Shown: piece by piece, positions 42,019-52,127 of the stretch | Position numbering within the stretch: position 1 is the first letter of the stretch | Layout: each line of letters starts with the position of its first letter | From: an uncultured Chthonomonadaceae bacterium | Lineage (GTDB): Bacteria; Armatimonadota; Chthonomonadetes; Chthonomonadales; Chthonomonadaceae | Direction: 5' to 3' | DNA: 64,000 nucleotides | Assembly (NCBI GenBank): GCA_963835065.1 | Contig: CAWIEK010000011.1 | Location: 96,001-160,000 of the forward strand | Position numbers and translations under genes: made by a program | Notes under the pieces: generated by a model | The model's database searches: none | The model's input: the letters and a program-made list of their open reading frames with translations, nothing else | Told to the model about the DNA's origin: nothing

Positions 42019-43077
42019 ATGCAGGATGATTCCTTTGAGTTTTTGCGGCAGATCGTCAATACGCCCGGACCGTCGGGGTACGAGCAGGCTGTGCAGAAGG
42101 TTTTTCGTGAGCGCATACAGCCCTATGCGGACGAAGTGCGTACCGACATCATGGGCAGTGTGATCGCAGCCAAAAATCTACAGTCCACAACCCGCGTGAT
42201 GCTGGCCGGCCATGCGGACGAAATTGGCTTCATTGTCCGCTACATCAGCGACGACGGCTGCATTTATTTCGGGCAGATCGGCGGGCATGATGCCATTGTC
42301 GCAGTGGGGCAGCGCGTCCAAATCCACACGGAAAAGGGACCGATTTTGGGCGTGTTGGGACGCAAGGCCATTCATCTGCTCGACAGCGCCGAGCGCGACA
42401 AAGTGCCGAAAACCGATGAACTGTGGATTGACATCGGCGTTTCCACGCGCAAGGAAGCGGAAGAACTGGTGCAAATCGGCGACTGCATCACGTATGCGCA
42501 GGAATTGCAGCGGCTGCAGGGCGAACGCTGTACGGCCCGCAGTTTCGACAACAAAATGGGGTGTTTCGTGGTAGCGGAAGCCATGCGCCTGCTGCAAGGC
42601 AAACAGCTTAATTGCGGAGTCTACGCTGTCGCCAACGTTCAGGAAGAGATCGGACTGCGCGGGGCGCGAACGGCCAGTTTCAGCATTGACCCGCTTGTGG
42701 GCATTGCGACCGATGTGGGCCACGCGATGGACTTTCCCGGCGCGGACAAAAAGAAAGTAGGGGATATTAAACTCGGTGGCGGGCCGGTGATCGGCAGAGG
42801 CGCGAACATCAACCCCAAAGTGTTCGCTATGCTGGTGCAGACCGCCAAAGACCTCGAAATACCCTACCAGATCGAAGCGTTCGGCGGCGGCACGGGCACG
42901 GACGCCAATGCCATGCAGGTCAGCCGGGCAGGTATGGCAACCGGCCTGCTGTCCGTTCCCCTGCGCTACATGCACACGCCTTGTGAAGTGATGTCGCTGG
43001 ACGACATTGAAAACACCGCCCGCCTGATGGCCGGCTTCGTCGAGCGCGTCACCCCGGACATTGACTGGACGCCATAG
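42019..43077 (+). CDS. M42 family aminopeptidase
   Basis: GHADEIG, DNK, QEEIGLRGA, GTD, PLRYMHTP. Confidence 0.93.
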   Translation: MQDDSFEFLRQIVNTPGPSGYEQAVQKVFRERIQPYADEVRTDIMGSVIAAKNLQSTTRVMLAGHADEIGFIVRYISDDGCIYFGQIGGHDAIVAVGQRVQIHTEKGPILGVLGRKAIHLLDSAERDKVPKTDELWIDIGVSTRKEAEELVQIGDCITYAQELQRLQGERCTARSFDNKMGCFVVAEAMRLLQGKQLNCGVYAVANVQEEIGLRGARTASFSIDPLVGIATDVGHAMDFPGADKKKVGDIKLGGGPVIGRGANINPKVFAMLVQTAKDLEIPYQIEAFGGGTGTDANAMQVSRAGMATGLLSVPLRYMHTPCEVMSLDDIENTARLMAGFVERVTPDIDWTP

Positions 43078-43078
43078 G

Positions 43079-43431
43079 AGAAATAACCACCCGCTGCGCT
43101 AGAGACACAGAGACACAGAGGAAAAAGAATGCGAGGAAAAACAAAGAAAAGGAGAGGAGAGATGGAAACCGCGAAACACACGAAATAAACGAAAAAGAAC
43201 CAAAAGATTACGAAGAACGGAAAGAACAAGAGAAACGCCGTACCAAAACCCTGTGAAGTGACTGCTCCTCTTTGCCTTCTTTGCCTCTTTGCGGTTCTTT
43301 TTGTTTTTCTTTTCTCCCCTTTTCGTTTCCTTCGTGTGTTTCGCGGTTCCCCTCTCTCCTCTTCTGTTTTTCTCGCATCGGCTTTTCCTCTGTGTCTCTG
43401 TGTCTCTAGCCGCAGGCGGGTGGTTATTTCT
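43079..43431. repeat. ~350-bp nested imperfect palindrome between convergent genes
   Basis: Outer AGAAATAACCACCCGC/GCGGGTGGTTATTTCT, then (AGAGACAC)n/(GTGTCTCT)n, then ACCGCGAAACACACGAA/TTCGTGTGTTTCGCGGT. Confidence 0.85.
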
Positions 43432-44227
43432 TCTTCCACTGCGGGGTTTCAATCTCGCTGTGTTCGGCGGTGAAGGACTCGCCGCGCAGTTTGGCTCCCA
43501 CGCGGCGGATGGTGTCGTAGGTGGGGCTGATGCCGGTTTTGCCGCGCAATAAGGAATGGAACAGGGCGGGGTCGCGCTGCTGTACGGCTTGCAGGAGGGC
43601 GTCAACCTGTATTTCTAAGGCGCGTTCCTGGGCGTGGAGGAAGCGTTTGCGGTTGAAGCCGGGGGCGGTTGTGGAAATGCGTTCGATGGGCGCGACGGAC
43701 ACGAACGCTTCGGGCAGGCGCTCATTCCAGAACTCGTAGTGGAAGGCGACACGGGTGTAGTAGAAATCTTCCAGGCCGGCAGCCAGATAGCCCAGTCCGG
43801 GCTGAAAGGTCATCGGGCGGGCGTAATTGGACAGCATCGCGCCCTGCGGCGTCAGCCAGAGTGAGCGGCGCTTGCCTTTAAGCAGGTTTTGGCTGTAATT
43901 TAGAAATTCTTTAGCTCCGCTCAAAGAAGTGCGGTCTACGCCGATCACGCCCAAGCGGGTAAAGAACGTGTACCGCTCCAACTGCCGCGCATCCATCACG
44001 GTGTACCACTCCCAGCCGAACAACTCGGTTTCCACCAACAGCCCCAGCAGCACGTCCCACCAACTGCTGTGGTTGACGCAGACCAGAAGGGGCGTGTGTC
44101 CGTCGTCCTCCCATTGCGGCCTTTCGCCAAGCAAGTGAACAGCATGAAAACTGCGCCGCAGATAGTGGCGCGTATACAGCAGAAAATAGTGTTCGAGTAA
44201 AGGCCATTTGCCTGCCGGGATCAACAT
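43424..44227 (-). CDS. Lysophospholipid acyltransferase (PlsC-like)
   Basis: NHSSWWD, TPQG; start at MLIPAGK. Confidence 0.85.
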   Translation of the reverse strand: MLIPAGKWPLLEHYFLLYTRHYLRRSFHAVHLLGERPQWEDDGHTPLLVCVNHSSWWDVLLGLLVETELFGWEWYTVMDARQLERYTFFTRLGVIGVDRTSLSGAKEFLNYSQNLLKGKRRSLWLTPQGAMLSNYARPMTFQPGLGYLAAGLEDFYYTRVAFHYEFWNERLPEAFVSVAPIERISTTAPGFNRKRFLHAQERALEIQVDALLQAVQQRDPALFHSLLRGKTGISPTYDTIRRVGAKLRGESFTAEHSEIETPQWKKK

Positions 44228-44302
44228 ACGTATATTGTACCAGAACGGCCATAAAGGAAAAAATAATTGTTGGAATTTTATTGTTAAACGGTTATAAACC
44301 CC

Positions 44303-44331
44303 TTGACACTTCTCAAAAATGAGACTATAAT
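44303..44331 (+). promoter_or_regulatory. Consensus sigma70 promoter with internal inverted repeat
   Basis: TTGACA-17 nt-TATAAT; TCTCA-AAAA-TGAGA inside the spacer. Confidence 0.75.
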
Positions 44332-44372
44332 GGACGCGGCAATGGGAGAAGCAGTCAGAAATTATTTCATAA

Positions 44373-45008
44373 TTGGAAATTCCTGTTGCGAGACAACCCT
44401 TGTCAGATGACGATTGTGAGGCGAGTATGACATCAGATGATGCGGCAGAATTTGAAGAAGCGGATACGAAGGCGGATGAGGCTGCGTCTCCCATCTCTAC
44501 TGCGGACGTGGTATGGCATCCGATTCGGCTGCGCATTATGAACGCGCTGTCTCCCAACCGCCGCCTGACAACGCCGCAGATCGGCGCGCTGTTGCCGGAT
44601 GTCGCCACACCCTCGCTTTACCGCCATTTGAAAACGCTCGTGGACGCGGAAGTGGTGCAGTTGATTGAAACGCCAACGCCGCGAGGCACAATGGAGAAGC
44701 AGTACACTCTGCCGGAGCAGGAGACGGTTGTGGACCTTGCCAACGCGCGCCCTGAAGACCTGGTGCGCTATTTCACGACCTTTGCCAGCGCTTTGCTCAC
44801 GTCCGGGCGGCAGTTTTTCGGCCAGCCGGACGCGGAAAAACGGCGGGGTGGCAACTACTCCGCCAATGCCCTTTACCTGACGGAAAAGGAGTACGAATAC
44901 TTCTGCGCGGCGCTGGAAGGATTATCCAATCTGGCGAAAATGAACCGGCCCGAAGAGGGACGCCGCCGCCGCATGTTTTATACGGCTATTTTGCCGGAGG
45001 GAGAATAA
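44373..45008 (+). CDS. ArsR-like winged-helix transcriptional regulator
   Basis: HPIRLRIM, PSLYRHLKTL, RGTMEKQY. Confidence 0.85.
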   Translation: MEIPVARQPLSDDDCEASMTSDDAAEFEEADTKADEAASPISTADVVWHPIRLRIMNALSPNRRLTTPQIGALLPDVATPSLYRHLKTLVDAEVVQLIETPTPRGTMEKQYTLPEQETVVDLANARPEDLVRYFTTFASALLTSGRQFFGQPDAEKRRGGNYSANALYLTEKEYEYFCAALEGLSNLAKMNRPEEGRRRRMFYTAILPEGE

Positions 45009-45012
45009 ACGT

Positions 45013-48000
45013 ATGCCCGGATATTATCGCTATCCCACTATTCACGACGACACGCTTGTTTTTGTCTCGGAAGACGATCTTTGGACGGTTTCTGCCGAAG
45101 GCGGCATTGCCCGCCGCCTGACAGCCAATCTGGGAACCATTTCACACCCCTTCTTTTCCCCGGATGGCAGTCGGCTTGCGTTTACCGGGCGCGAAGAGGG
45201 GCACAATGAAGTGTACGTCATGCCGGCTGAAGGCGGGCCGGTGAAGCGCGTCACGTATCTCGGCGTGAGCAGCGCGGTCATTGGCTGGACACCGGACGGC
45301 AGTAATATCCTGTTTTCCAGCGACTACCGCCAGCCCATTGACCGCATCGGGTTCGCGTATGCGGTCAGCCCGGAAGGTGGGGAACCGGAACCCTATCCCG
45401 TCGGCCACGCGGTCAGCATCGCCATTGACGGCAAGGGACGAACGGTTATCGGGCGCAACAACAACGACCCGGCCCGCTGGAAACGCTACAAGGGCGGCAC
45501 GGCGGGGGATATATGGGTAGACGTGGAAGGCAACGGCGCGTTCAAGCGCCTGCTGCAACTCAAAGGCAACGTCGCGCGGCCTTTGTGGTTTGGCGACAAA
45601 ATCATATTTTTGTCCGACCATGAGGGCGTGGGCAATCTGTACTCGTGTAATCTGGAGGGGAGTGACGTTCAGCGCCTGACCAATCAGCGGGAGTATTTTG
45701 TACGCTTCCCCAACAGCGACGGCAAGCGAATCGCCTACCATGCGGGCAGTGACTTGTACGTGTTCGACCCGGCGACAAATACTGAGAAGAAAGTAGATAT
45801 TGCCTATCACAGTTCGCTGACCCACCGGCAGCGCAAATTTGTGGAAGCGGCGAAGTACATGGAAAGTTACGCCCTGCATCCCAAAGGCCATTCGCTGGCA
45901 ATCACGTCACGGGGCAAAAGTTTCACACTGGGCAATTTCGAGGGCGCGGTCACGCCACAGGGCGGCGAGAACGCTCCCCTGCGCTACCGACTGACCGCGT
46001 GGCTCAACGACGGCGAGCGCGTTGTAACAGTGACGGACAGGGGCGGCGTGGAAACGCTGGAAATCCATGCCGTCAAAGGCAATGCGGAACCTGTCCGTCT
46101 GGAAGGTCTGGACATCGGGCGTCCTACCGGCCTGCGCGTGTCGCCGACTGCCGATGAAGTAGTGTTGAGCAACCATCGCAACGAACTGCTGGTCGTGGAT
46201 TTGACGGCAAAAACCATGCAGCAGATAGATAAAAGCCCGGCGCGGCATATTCAGGGCATGAATTGGTCGGGAGATGGCCGCTGGATCGCGTATGGCTTCG
46301 GAATCAGCTCGTACCAGACAGAAATCCGGGTTTGGGACAAAACGACGAGCGAAAAGCGAACCGTGACAAAGCCCGTTCTGCACGACACGGAACCCGCTTT
46401 CGACCCGGACGGCAAATTCCTGTACTTCATCGGCAGCCGCCAACTGAACCCCGTATACGACAACCTCCACTTCGATCTAGGCTTCCCCAAAGGCCAGCGC
46501 CCCTACCTGCTGACCCTCCGCGCCGACCTGCCGACGCCGTTTACGCTAAAGCCGGGTGAAGAAGATAAGGAAGAAGAGAAGAAGCGAAGAAAAGAAGAAG
46601 AGGAGAAGGGGAGCGGCGAAAACGGCGACAAGGACAAGGAAGACGACGAAGCCGAAACCCCAACACCCAACACCCAACACCCAACACCCGTAACGATTGA
46701 TTTCGACGGTATTGAAAACCGCGTGGTGGCGTTTCCGGTTGCGGATGGATTGTACGCGCAGATTGCAGGGATGAAGGGCAAGGCGCTGTTCACGTCGTTC
46801 CCCGTAGAAGGCGCGATTGGGCAGGATGCGTTTGGGAACGAGCGCCCGCCGAAAGGTTCGCTCGAATCGTTCAATTTCAAAGACCTCAAGCACGAAACGC
46901 TGGTGTCGGGCATGACCGATTTCGAGGTTTCGCAGAACGGCAAAATGCTGGCGTACCGCGCCAACCGCAAACTGCGCATTTTGCGGGCGGGCGAAAAGCC
47001 GGATGAAAAGAGCGGCAATGATCCGGGACGCAAAAGCGGATGGGTGGATTTGAAGCGCGTCCGCGTCGCGGTTGATCCGGGCAACGAGTGGCAGCAGATG
47101 GCGCGGGAAGCGTGGCGGCTGCAGCGCGAGTATTTCTGGACGGAGAATATGTCGTCTGTAGACTGGCAGGCCGTTTGGGAACGGTACGCGCCGCTTATAG
47201 AACGGGTCGGAACGCGGGGCGAGCTGTCCGATCTGCTGTGGGAAATGCAGGGCGAATTGGGCACGTCCCACGCCTACGAAATGGGCGGCGATTACCGGGC
47301 GGAACCCTCGTATCCGCAGGGCTTTTTGGGCGCGGATTACGATTACGACGCGGCTTCGGACGCTTATGTGATTTCGCGGATTGTGGTCGGCTCGCCCGGA
47401 GAAGCGCGGGCAAGTTCGCCCTTGATCGCGCCGGGAGTCAATGTCAAAACCGGGGATAAACTGCGGGCGATCAACGGGCGCAAAGTCAGCCGCACCGATC
47501 CGCCGAATGAATTGCTTGTCCATCTGGCCGACAGTGAAGTGACCCTGACGATTGAGGACGCGGACGGCAAAACGCGGGATGTGTCCGTGAAAACCCTGCG
47601 CTCCGAGGTTCCCGCCCGGTATCGGGAATGGGTGGAGGCGAACCGGGAGCAGGTGCATAAAGCGACAAACGGGCGCGTGGGTTACGTGCATATCCCCGAC
47701 ATGGGAGCGCACGGCTACGCGGAATTCCACCGTACCTATCTGGCGGAAGTGGCGTATGACGGCCTGATTGTGGACGTGCGTTACAACCGGGGCGGGCATG
47801 TGTCGCAGCTGCTGATCGAAAAACTGGCGCGTAAGCGCGTGGGTTACGACATACAGCGGTGGGGTGAGCCGGAACCATACCCCTCGTATTCGCCCGCCGG
47901 CCCGCTTGTGGCGATTACCAACCAGTGGGCAGGTTCGGACGGCGACATTTTCAGCCACGTGTGGAAACTGATGAAACTTGGCCCGCTGATTGGTAAGCGA

Positions 48001-48285
48001 ACGTGGGGCGGCGTCATCGGCATCTGGCCTCGCAACCCGCTTGCGGACGGAGCCATTACGAGCCAGCCGGAGTTTTCGTTCTGGTTTCAGGACGTAGGCT
48101 GGGGCGTGGAAAACTACGGAACCGACCCCGACATAGACATAGACATCGCGCCGCAGGATTACGTGAGCGGCTACGACCCGCAGATGGAAAAAGCGCTCAG
48201 TCTCATCAACGAAGCGCTCGAAGCCAATCCGCCCGTCAAGCCGTCCTTTGCGGATAGGCCAAACCTCGCCGCGCAAATGCCGTAG
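45013..48285 (+). CDS. Tricorn protease (S41) homolog
   Basis: WKRYKGGTAG, beta-propeller repeats, PDZ, GSDGDIF, RTWGGVIG. Confidence 0.95.
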   Translation: MPGYYRYPTIHDDTLVFVSEDDLWTVSAEGGIARRLTANLGTISHPFFSPDGSRLAFTGREEGHNEVYVMPAEGGPVKRVTYLGVSSAVIGWTPDGSNILFSSDYRQPIDRIGFAYAVSPEGGEPEPYPVGHAVSIAIDGKGRTVIGRNNNDPARWKRYKGGTAGDIWVDVEGNGAFKRLLQLKGNVARPLWFGDKIIFLSDHEGVGNLYSCNLEGSDVQRLTNQREYFVRFPNSDGKRIAYHAGSDLYVFDPATNTEKKVDIAYHSSLTHRQRKFVEAAKYMESYALHPKGHSLAITSRGKSFTLGNFEGAVTPQGGENAPLRYRLTAWLNDGERVVTVTDRGGVETLEIHAVKGNAEPVRLEGLDIGRPTGLRVSPTADEVVLSNHRNELLVVDLTAKTMQQIDKSPARHIQGMNWSGDGRWIAYGFGISSYQTEIRVWDKTTSEKRTVTKPVLHDTEPAFDPDGKFLYFIGSRQLNPVYDNLHFDLGFPKGQRPYLLTLRADLPTPFTLKPGEEDKEEEKKRRKEEEEKGSGENGDKDKEDDEAETPTPNTQHPTPVTIDFDGIENRVVAFPVADGLYAQIAGMKGKALFTSFPVEGAIGQDAFGNERPPKGSLESFNFKDLKHETLVSGMTDFEVSQNGKMLAYRANRKLRILRAGEKPDEKSGNDPGRKSGWVDLKRVRVAVDPGNEWQQMAREAWRLQREYFWTENMSSVDWQAVWERYAPLIERVGTRGELSDLLWEMQGELGTSHAYEMGGDYRAEPSYPQGFLGADYDYDAASDAYVISRIVVGSPGEARASSPLIAPGVNVKTGDKLRAINGRKVSRTDPPNELLVHLADSEVTLTIEDADGKTRDVSVKTLRSEVPARYREWVEANREQVHKATNGRVGYVHIPDMGAHGYAEFHRTYLAEVAYDGLIVDVRYNRGGHVSQLLIEKLARKRVGYDIQRWGEPEPYPSYSPAGPLVAITNQWAGSDGDIFSHVWKLMKLGPLIGKRTWGGVIGIWPRNPLADGAITSQPEFSFWFQDVGWGVENYGTDPDIDIDIAPQDYVSGYDPQMEKALSLINEALEANPPVKPSFADRPNLAAQMP

Positions 48286-48386
48286 AGCAGGCAGTAGGCA
48301 GTAGAAATCAGTTATTGCTGCAGCAGGACAGTGCCGGTATGTTGACACTTCCATTGCTTCCCAAGTTACGCAGGAGCCTCTAAATT

Positions 48387-49478
48387 ATGAACGCATCCCT
48401 ACGAACCGCGCTGAGGCGCATGTGCAGCAGTGTTGTATTTGCAATGTCAGGCATCTTCCTGCTGGGATTCGCGTCGAAGCATGAATCTGAGCAACCTGCC
48501 TACATCCTGACGGATCTGGGTGCGAGCGTAAGCCCGACCGACATCAATAATAAAGGCCAGATTGTCGGAACGTTTGCCCGAGGACCCGGTATGAGGAGTG
48601 CCAAATCGTTTATTTACGAAGCGGGCAAAAGGCGAACGCTGCCGATTTCAGGGGATTTTACCGCTGTATATGCCAACCGCATCAATGAAGCTGGAATAGT
48701 TGTCGGTACCATGCGAACGGCGGTGTCTACTCAGGGTGATCGTGGGTTTCGCTACGATTCTGTGCGCAACCTGATGGAACTGATTCCAACATTAGGAGGC
48801 AAATCCAGTCATGCTTGGGATGTAAACGCCGCCGGTCAAATTGTGGGCGATGCAGATGCCCCTGCAACACAGGCAAGCTTTTTTAAACGTTCTCGTGCCT
48901 TTATCTTCAAAGATGCTCGCATAACGGACATCAACACCCTCGATGGGGAAGACAGCAACGCCATTGCATACGCAATTAACAATGCCGGACAGGTAGTGGG
49001 TAACTCAATGCATTTGCCTGTCAGAGAGGGATGGGAAGCTTTCCTCTATAAAGATGGCAAAATGGTTGGGCTTGGCACACTTGGGGGCAGAGACAGCGAA
49101 GCGGAGGGGATCAATGACAAAGGCCAGGTAGTTGGCAACTCTGATGTGAAAGGTGATAATTATACACACGCCTTTTTATATGATAGAGGCAAGATGAAAG
49201 ATATTTACCCGTCTGCTCGCTCCGAGGTAAGAGCCAAAGCCATCAACAATCAGGGGCAAATCGTGGGGACATATCATATCCTCTCCACAAAACCTTATGA
49301 TCACTTGCATGGTTTCCTGTGGAAAAACGGCAATCTCTTGGATCTGAACCGCTTAATGCCACACACGGACTGGATACTGGCATACCCGGAGTTGATAAAT
49401 GACAAAGGACAAATTGTTGGCGTAGGAATTTACAAGGAGCGCGAACGCGGTTTTCTACTCACACCAGTCTCTCGATGA
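48387..49478 (+). CDS. Extracellular HAF-repeat protein
   Basis: Repeated 'LGTLGG..S.A..IN..GQVVG' and HAF motifs. Confidence 0.88.
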   Translation: MNASLRTALRRMCSSVVFAMSGIFLLGFASKHESEQPAYILTDLGASVSPTDINNKGQIVGTFARGPGMRSAKSFIYEAGKRRTLPISGDFTAVYANRINEAGIVVGTMRTAVSTQGDRGFRYDSVRNLMELIPTLGGKSSHAWDVNAAGQIVGDADAPATQASFFKRSRAFIFKDARITDINTLDGEDSNAIAYAINNAGQVVGNSMHLPVREGWEAFLYKDGKMVGLGTLGGRDSEAEGINDKGQVVGNSDVKGDNYTHAFLYDRGKMKDIYPSARSEVRAKAINNQGQIVGTYHILSTKPYDHLHGFLWKNGNLLDLNRLMPHTDWILAYPELINDKGQIVGVGIYKERERGFLLTPVSR

Positions 49479-49679
49479 CAAGCATCAACTCGGTACGAGT
49501 ACGCACAATCCGGCATCGTCATAACGTGAAATTGAGAAGGAGAGACGATGAATTATCTCAGCCTTTGTCAAGAGAGAGTTCCAATTATGCGATCCGAAAC
49601 CTACGTGTCTCCATCGGTCACGCTCAACGCGACGGCTTTAAAGGACCACCTTAGCTCTTGAATTATCATTATCGGTGCA

Positions 49680-49952
49680 AGACCATACATCACGGCTGTC
49701 CGTATAGAAGTGAAAAGTTTTCGCAGCGCATCGGCGATATACGAGTTTCATCAGGCATTGGGACAGTACATTGGGTATCGTGATCTGCTGGCAGAGTTGG
49801 GACGGCCATACCGCATCTATCTTGCGCTTACAGATGAAGCGTATCAGACAATATCTGATATTGATGCCGTGCAGGTTATATGTGAGCGGCAGCGCGTTCT
49901 CTTGTTGGTTGTGGATGCGCAACGGGAAGAGGTGAAGGAGTGGATAGAGTAG
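49680..49952 (+). pseudogene. xisH: 5'-truncated XisH-family gene
   Basis: IEVKSF...FHQALGQY..YR......RIYLA; N-terminal part absent. Confidence 0.7.
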
Positions 49953-50281
49953 CCGAGTATCGGGAGATTATCAAGCGCCTGTTGCGCGAGCGCGAACGCA
50001 TGGCGCAGTTTGCCTTGCCGGAAGACTTGGAAGTGCGCTGTTTCTTTGATGATGAACGAGGGCAATACACCCTGATAACATTGGGATGGATGAAGCGCAG
50101 GCGTATCAGCGGCAACACGCTTTTTCTTACCCTCCGCGGACAGCAAATCTGGATTGAAGAAGACATGACCGACGCGCCCATTGCCGACGACCTGATTGCG
50201 GAAAGTGTTCCGCCGCAGGACGTTGTACTTGCCTTCCATTCTCCGGTCACGCGCCAATACGCAGAAACCGCCGCCGCATGA
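49940..50281 (+). CDS. xisI: XisI-family protein
   Basis: FDDERGQY...GW...IWIEEDMTD..IADDL...DVVLAFH. Confidence 0.88.
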   Translation: MDRVAEYREIIKRLLRERERMAQFALPEDLEVRCFFDDERGQYTLITLGWMKRRRISGNTLFLTLRGQQIWIEEDMTDAPIADDLIAESVPPQDVVLAFHSPVTRQYAETAAA

Positions 50282-50348
50282 ACATCGCGCAAAGTTAAGA
50301 AAAACATCAAGCGAGACTATGATACACGGATATTTGGAGGAAAGAGAA

Positions 50349-50648
50349 ATGGATGCTTCTCAATATCAACGCTGGCAAAGTCTGCATGGCCGCAGAATGT
50401 CGGGAGAAACGTTGAGTTTGGAAGAACAAGCGGATTACGATACTGCCTGCCGCGAACTTGACGCTGAGGAACAACAGCAATTAGACGGCAACCTTCAACT
50501 TCTGCGTAATCTGCGCGTTCAAATCGCACAAGCCGATACGGAAACCCAGCGTCTGCGGCAGGAAGTTATTCAACAGGACGCGCGCATTGCACTGTTGGAA
50601 GCCCACTTAGATTCGCGGACGCGGCAGCTATTGGGTATTGGAAACTAG
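50349..50648 (+). CDS. Small coiled-coil hypothetical protein
   Basis: GGAGG RBS before MDASQY; heptad-like helix. Confidence 0.6.
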   Translation: MDASQYQRWQSLHGRRMSGETLSLEEQADYDTACRELDAEEQQQLDGNLQLLRNLRVQIAQADTETQRLRQEVIQQDARIALLEAHLDSRTRQLLGIGN

Positions 50649-50653
50649 ACCCG

Positions 50654-51169
50654 ATGGCGCATCCACGACTTCAAGCGGTGCGGCAACGCTATGATTTTCG
50701 CTGTGGCTACTGTGGCGTTTCAGAAACTGATACGGGCGGCGAACTGACCGTAGATCATTTTCGGCCCGTGTCTGCCGGTGGCGACGACAGCGATGATAAT
50801 CTGGTGTATGCCTGTGTGCGTTGTAATCAGTACAAGGGCGCGTTGTTGCCGCAAGCAATGGACATAGCGCAACAGCGTCGTCTGCTGCATCCTCTGCGTG
50901 ATAGTTTGCCTGCACACTTGCGGGAGGACGCGCAAACGGGGCAGTTGGAAGCCTTAACCGAAACAGGAACCTTCCATATTGAGGCGCTTCACCTCAATCG
51001 CGCAGCCTTGATCGTTAATCGGCAGAGGCGGCAGTTAATTGCCATGCTGCAAGCCCGTCTGGAGCAGTCACTTGCGGAAATTGCCACATTAGAGGGCAGA
51101 TTAGCTCGGCGCGACATCTACATTGACGCATTGGAACAGGAGTTGAAACGCTGGACACAACCAGAGTAA
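50654..51169 (+). CDS. HNH endonuclease
   Basis: CGYC, VDHFRP, NLVYACVRCNQYK. Confidence 0.9.
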   Translation: MAHPRLQAVRQRYDFRCGYCGVSETDTGGELTVDHFRPVSAGGDDSDDNLVYACVRCNQYKGALLPQAMDIAQQRRLLHPLRDSLPAHLREDAQTGQLEALTETGTFHIEALHLNRAALIVNRQRRQLIAMLQARLEQSLAEIATLEGRLARRDIYIDALEQELKRWTQPE

Positions 51170-51178
51170 AATGAACCG

Positions 51179-51964
51179 TTACTCTGCAGGCGGAATTTTA
51201 TTGCGGAAGTCTTTCGCGCTTGGTGGCTGGAGTAAAATGCGCTGCGTTTCCGTCAGTTCTTCCACGATGGGGGCGATTTCAGGGTCAGACGGGCTGGGAT
51301 AATAGCGCTTGTTCGTCCACGCGATTACGGGCGGCGCGTACTTGAAGAACAGTGTGCGGCGCTCGCCCGGCCCCTGCCATGGAAATGTGCCGTGCATCAG
51401 CTTCTCCGTGAAAATCACGCAGTCGCCCGCTTTGGTCGGGATTTGCTGCACGATGGGGGAGGGACGGCGGAAAAAGCGGATGTCTTCGGGCGTGACAAAG
51501 TTGTTTTTGTGGCTGCCCGGTATCAGGCACAACCCACCCTGCCCCGGCGCAACATCCGTCAGGGCGAACGTCGCCACGCACAGCCCGCAGAATATCTGGC
51601 CGTTGATGCAATGGTAGTAGTGGCACGGGTCATAAGGCGCATACGCGGTCGGGCCGTGCAGTTCCAGTCCCTTGTGTCCCGGCCTGAGAAAAATGGCGTA
51701 ATCGTGGTCAAGCCGCAGCATGTCGCCCATCAGCGCGCGCAACACGGGCAGGGTTTTGGGATGATCCATCAGGTTACGGAACATCGGCCCCCATGTAATC
51801 ACGTTTTCCAGATGTGTGTTGCCGGTTTGCGATTGAAATGCCGGGTTTTCCTCCGCCTGCCGGTCAATCCAGCCGTTCATAGCGGCAACCGTCTCGGCGT
51901 CCAGAACGTTTTCGATCTTGATATAGCCCTGCAAGTCAAACAGATATTTTTCTTCCTCGTTCAT
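51179..51964 (-). CDS. Phytanoyl-CoA dioxygenase (PhyH) family
   Basis: FDLQGY, IPGSHK, GDCVIFTEKLMHG. Confidence 0.88.
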   Translation of the reverse strand: MNEEEKYLFDLQGYIKIENVLDAETVAAMNGWIDRQAEENPAFQSQTGNTHLENVITWGPMFRNLMDHPKTLPVLRALMGDMLRLDHDYAIFLRPGHKGLELHGPTAYAPYDPCHYYHCINGQIFCGLCVATFALTDVAPGQGGLCLIPGSHKNNFVTPEDIRFFRRPSPIVQQIPTKAGDCVIFTEKLMHGTFPWQGPGERRTLFFKYAPPVIAWTNKRYYPSPSDPEIAPIVEELTETQRILLQPPSAKDFRNKIPPAE

Positions 51965-52127
51965 AAAGTCGTAGTGTTCCTTCTATCTTCCGGCGCGTTG
52001 CGCGAATTTTGTGGCGTAAATTTTCCGTATGGTAGGTTAGTTTACCCTGAAAAGCGTTGCCTGCAACTTTTGACACTCATTCCTGATAGATGGTACAATG
52101 GCAACATTCAGGAGGAATGGAACCCAC

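Noticed and set aside
42966..43605. Lys/Arg- and Phe-rich ORFs
   Set aside because: Translations of the nested palindrome
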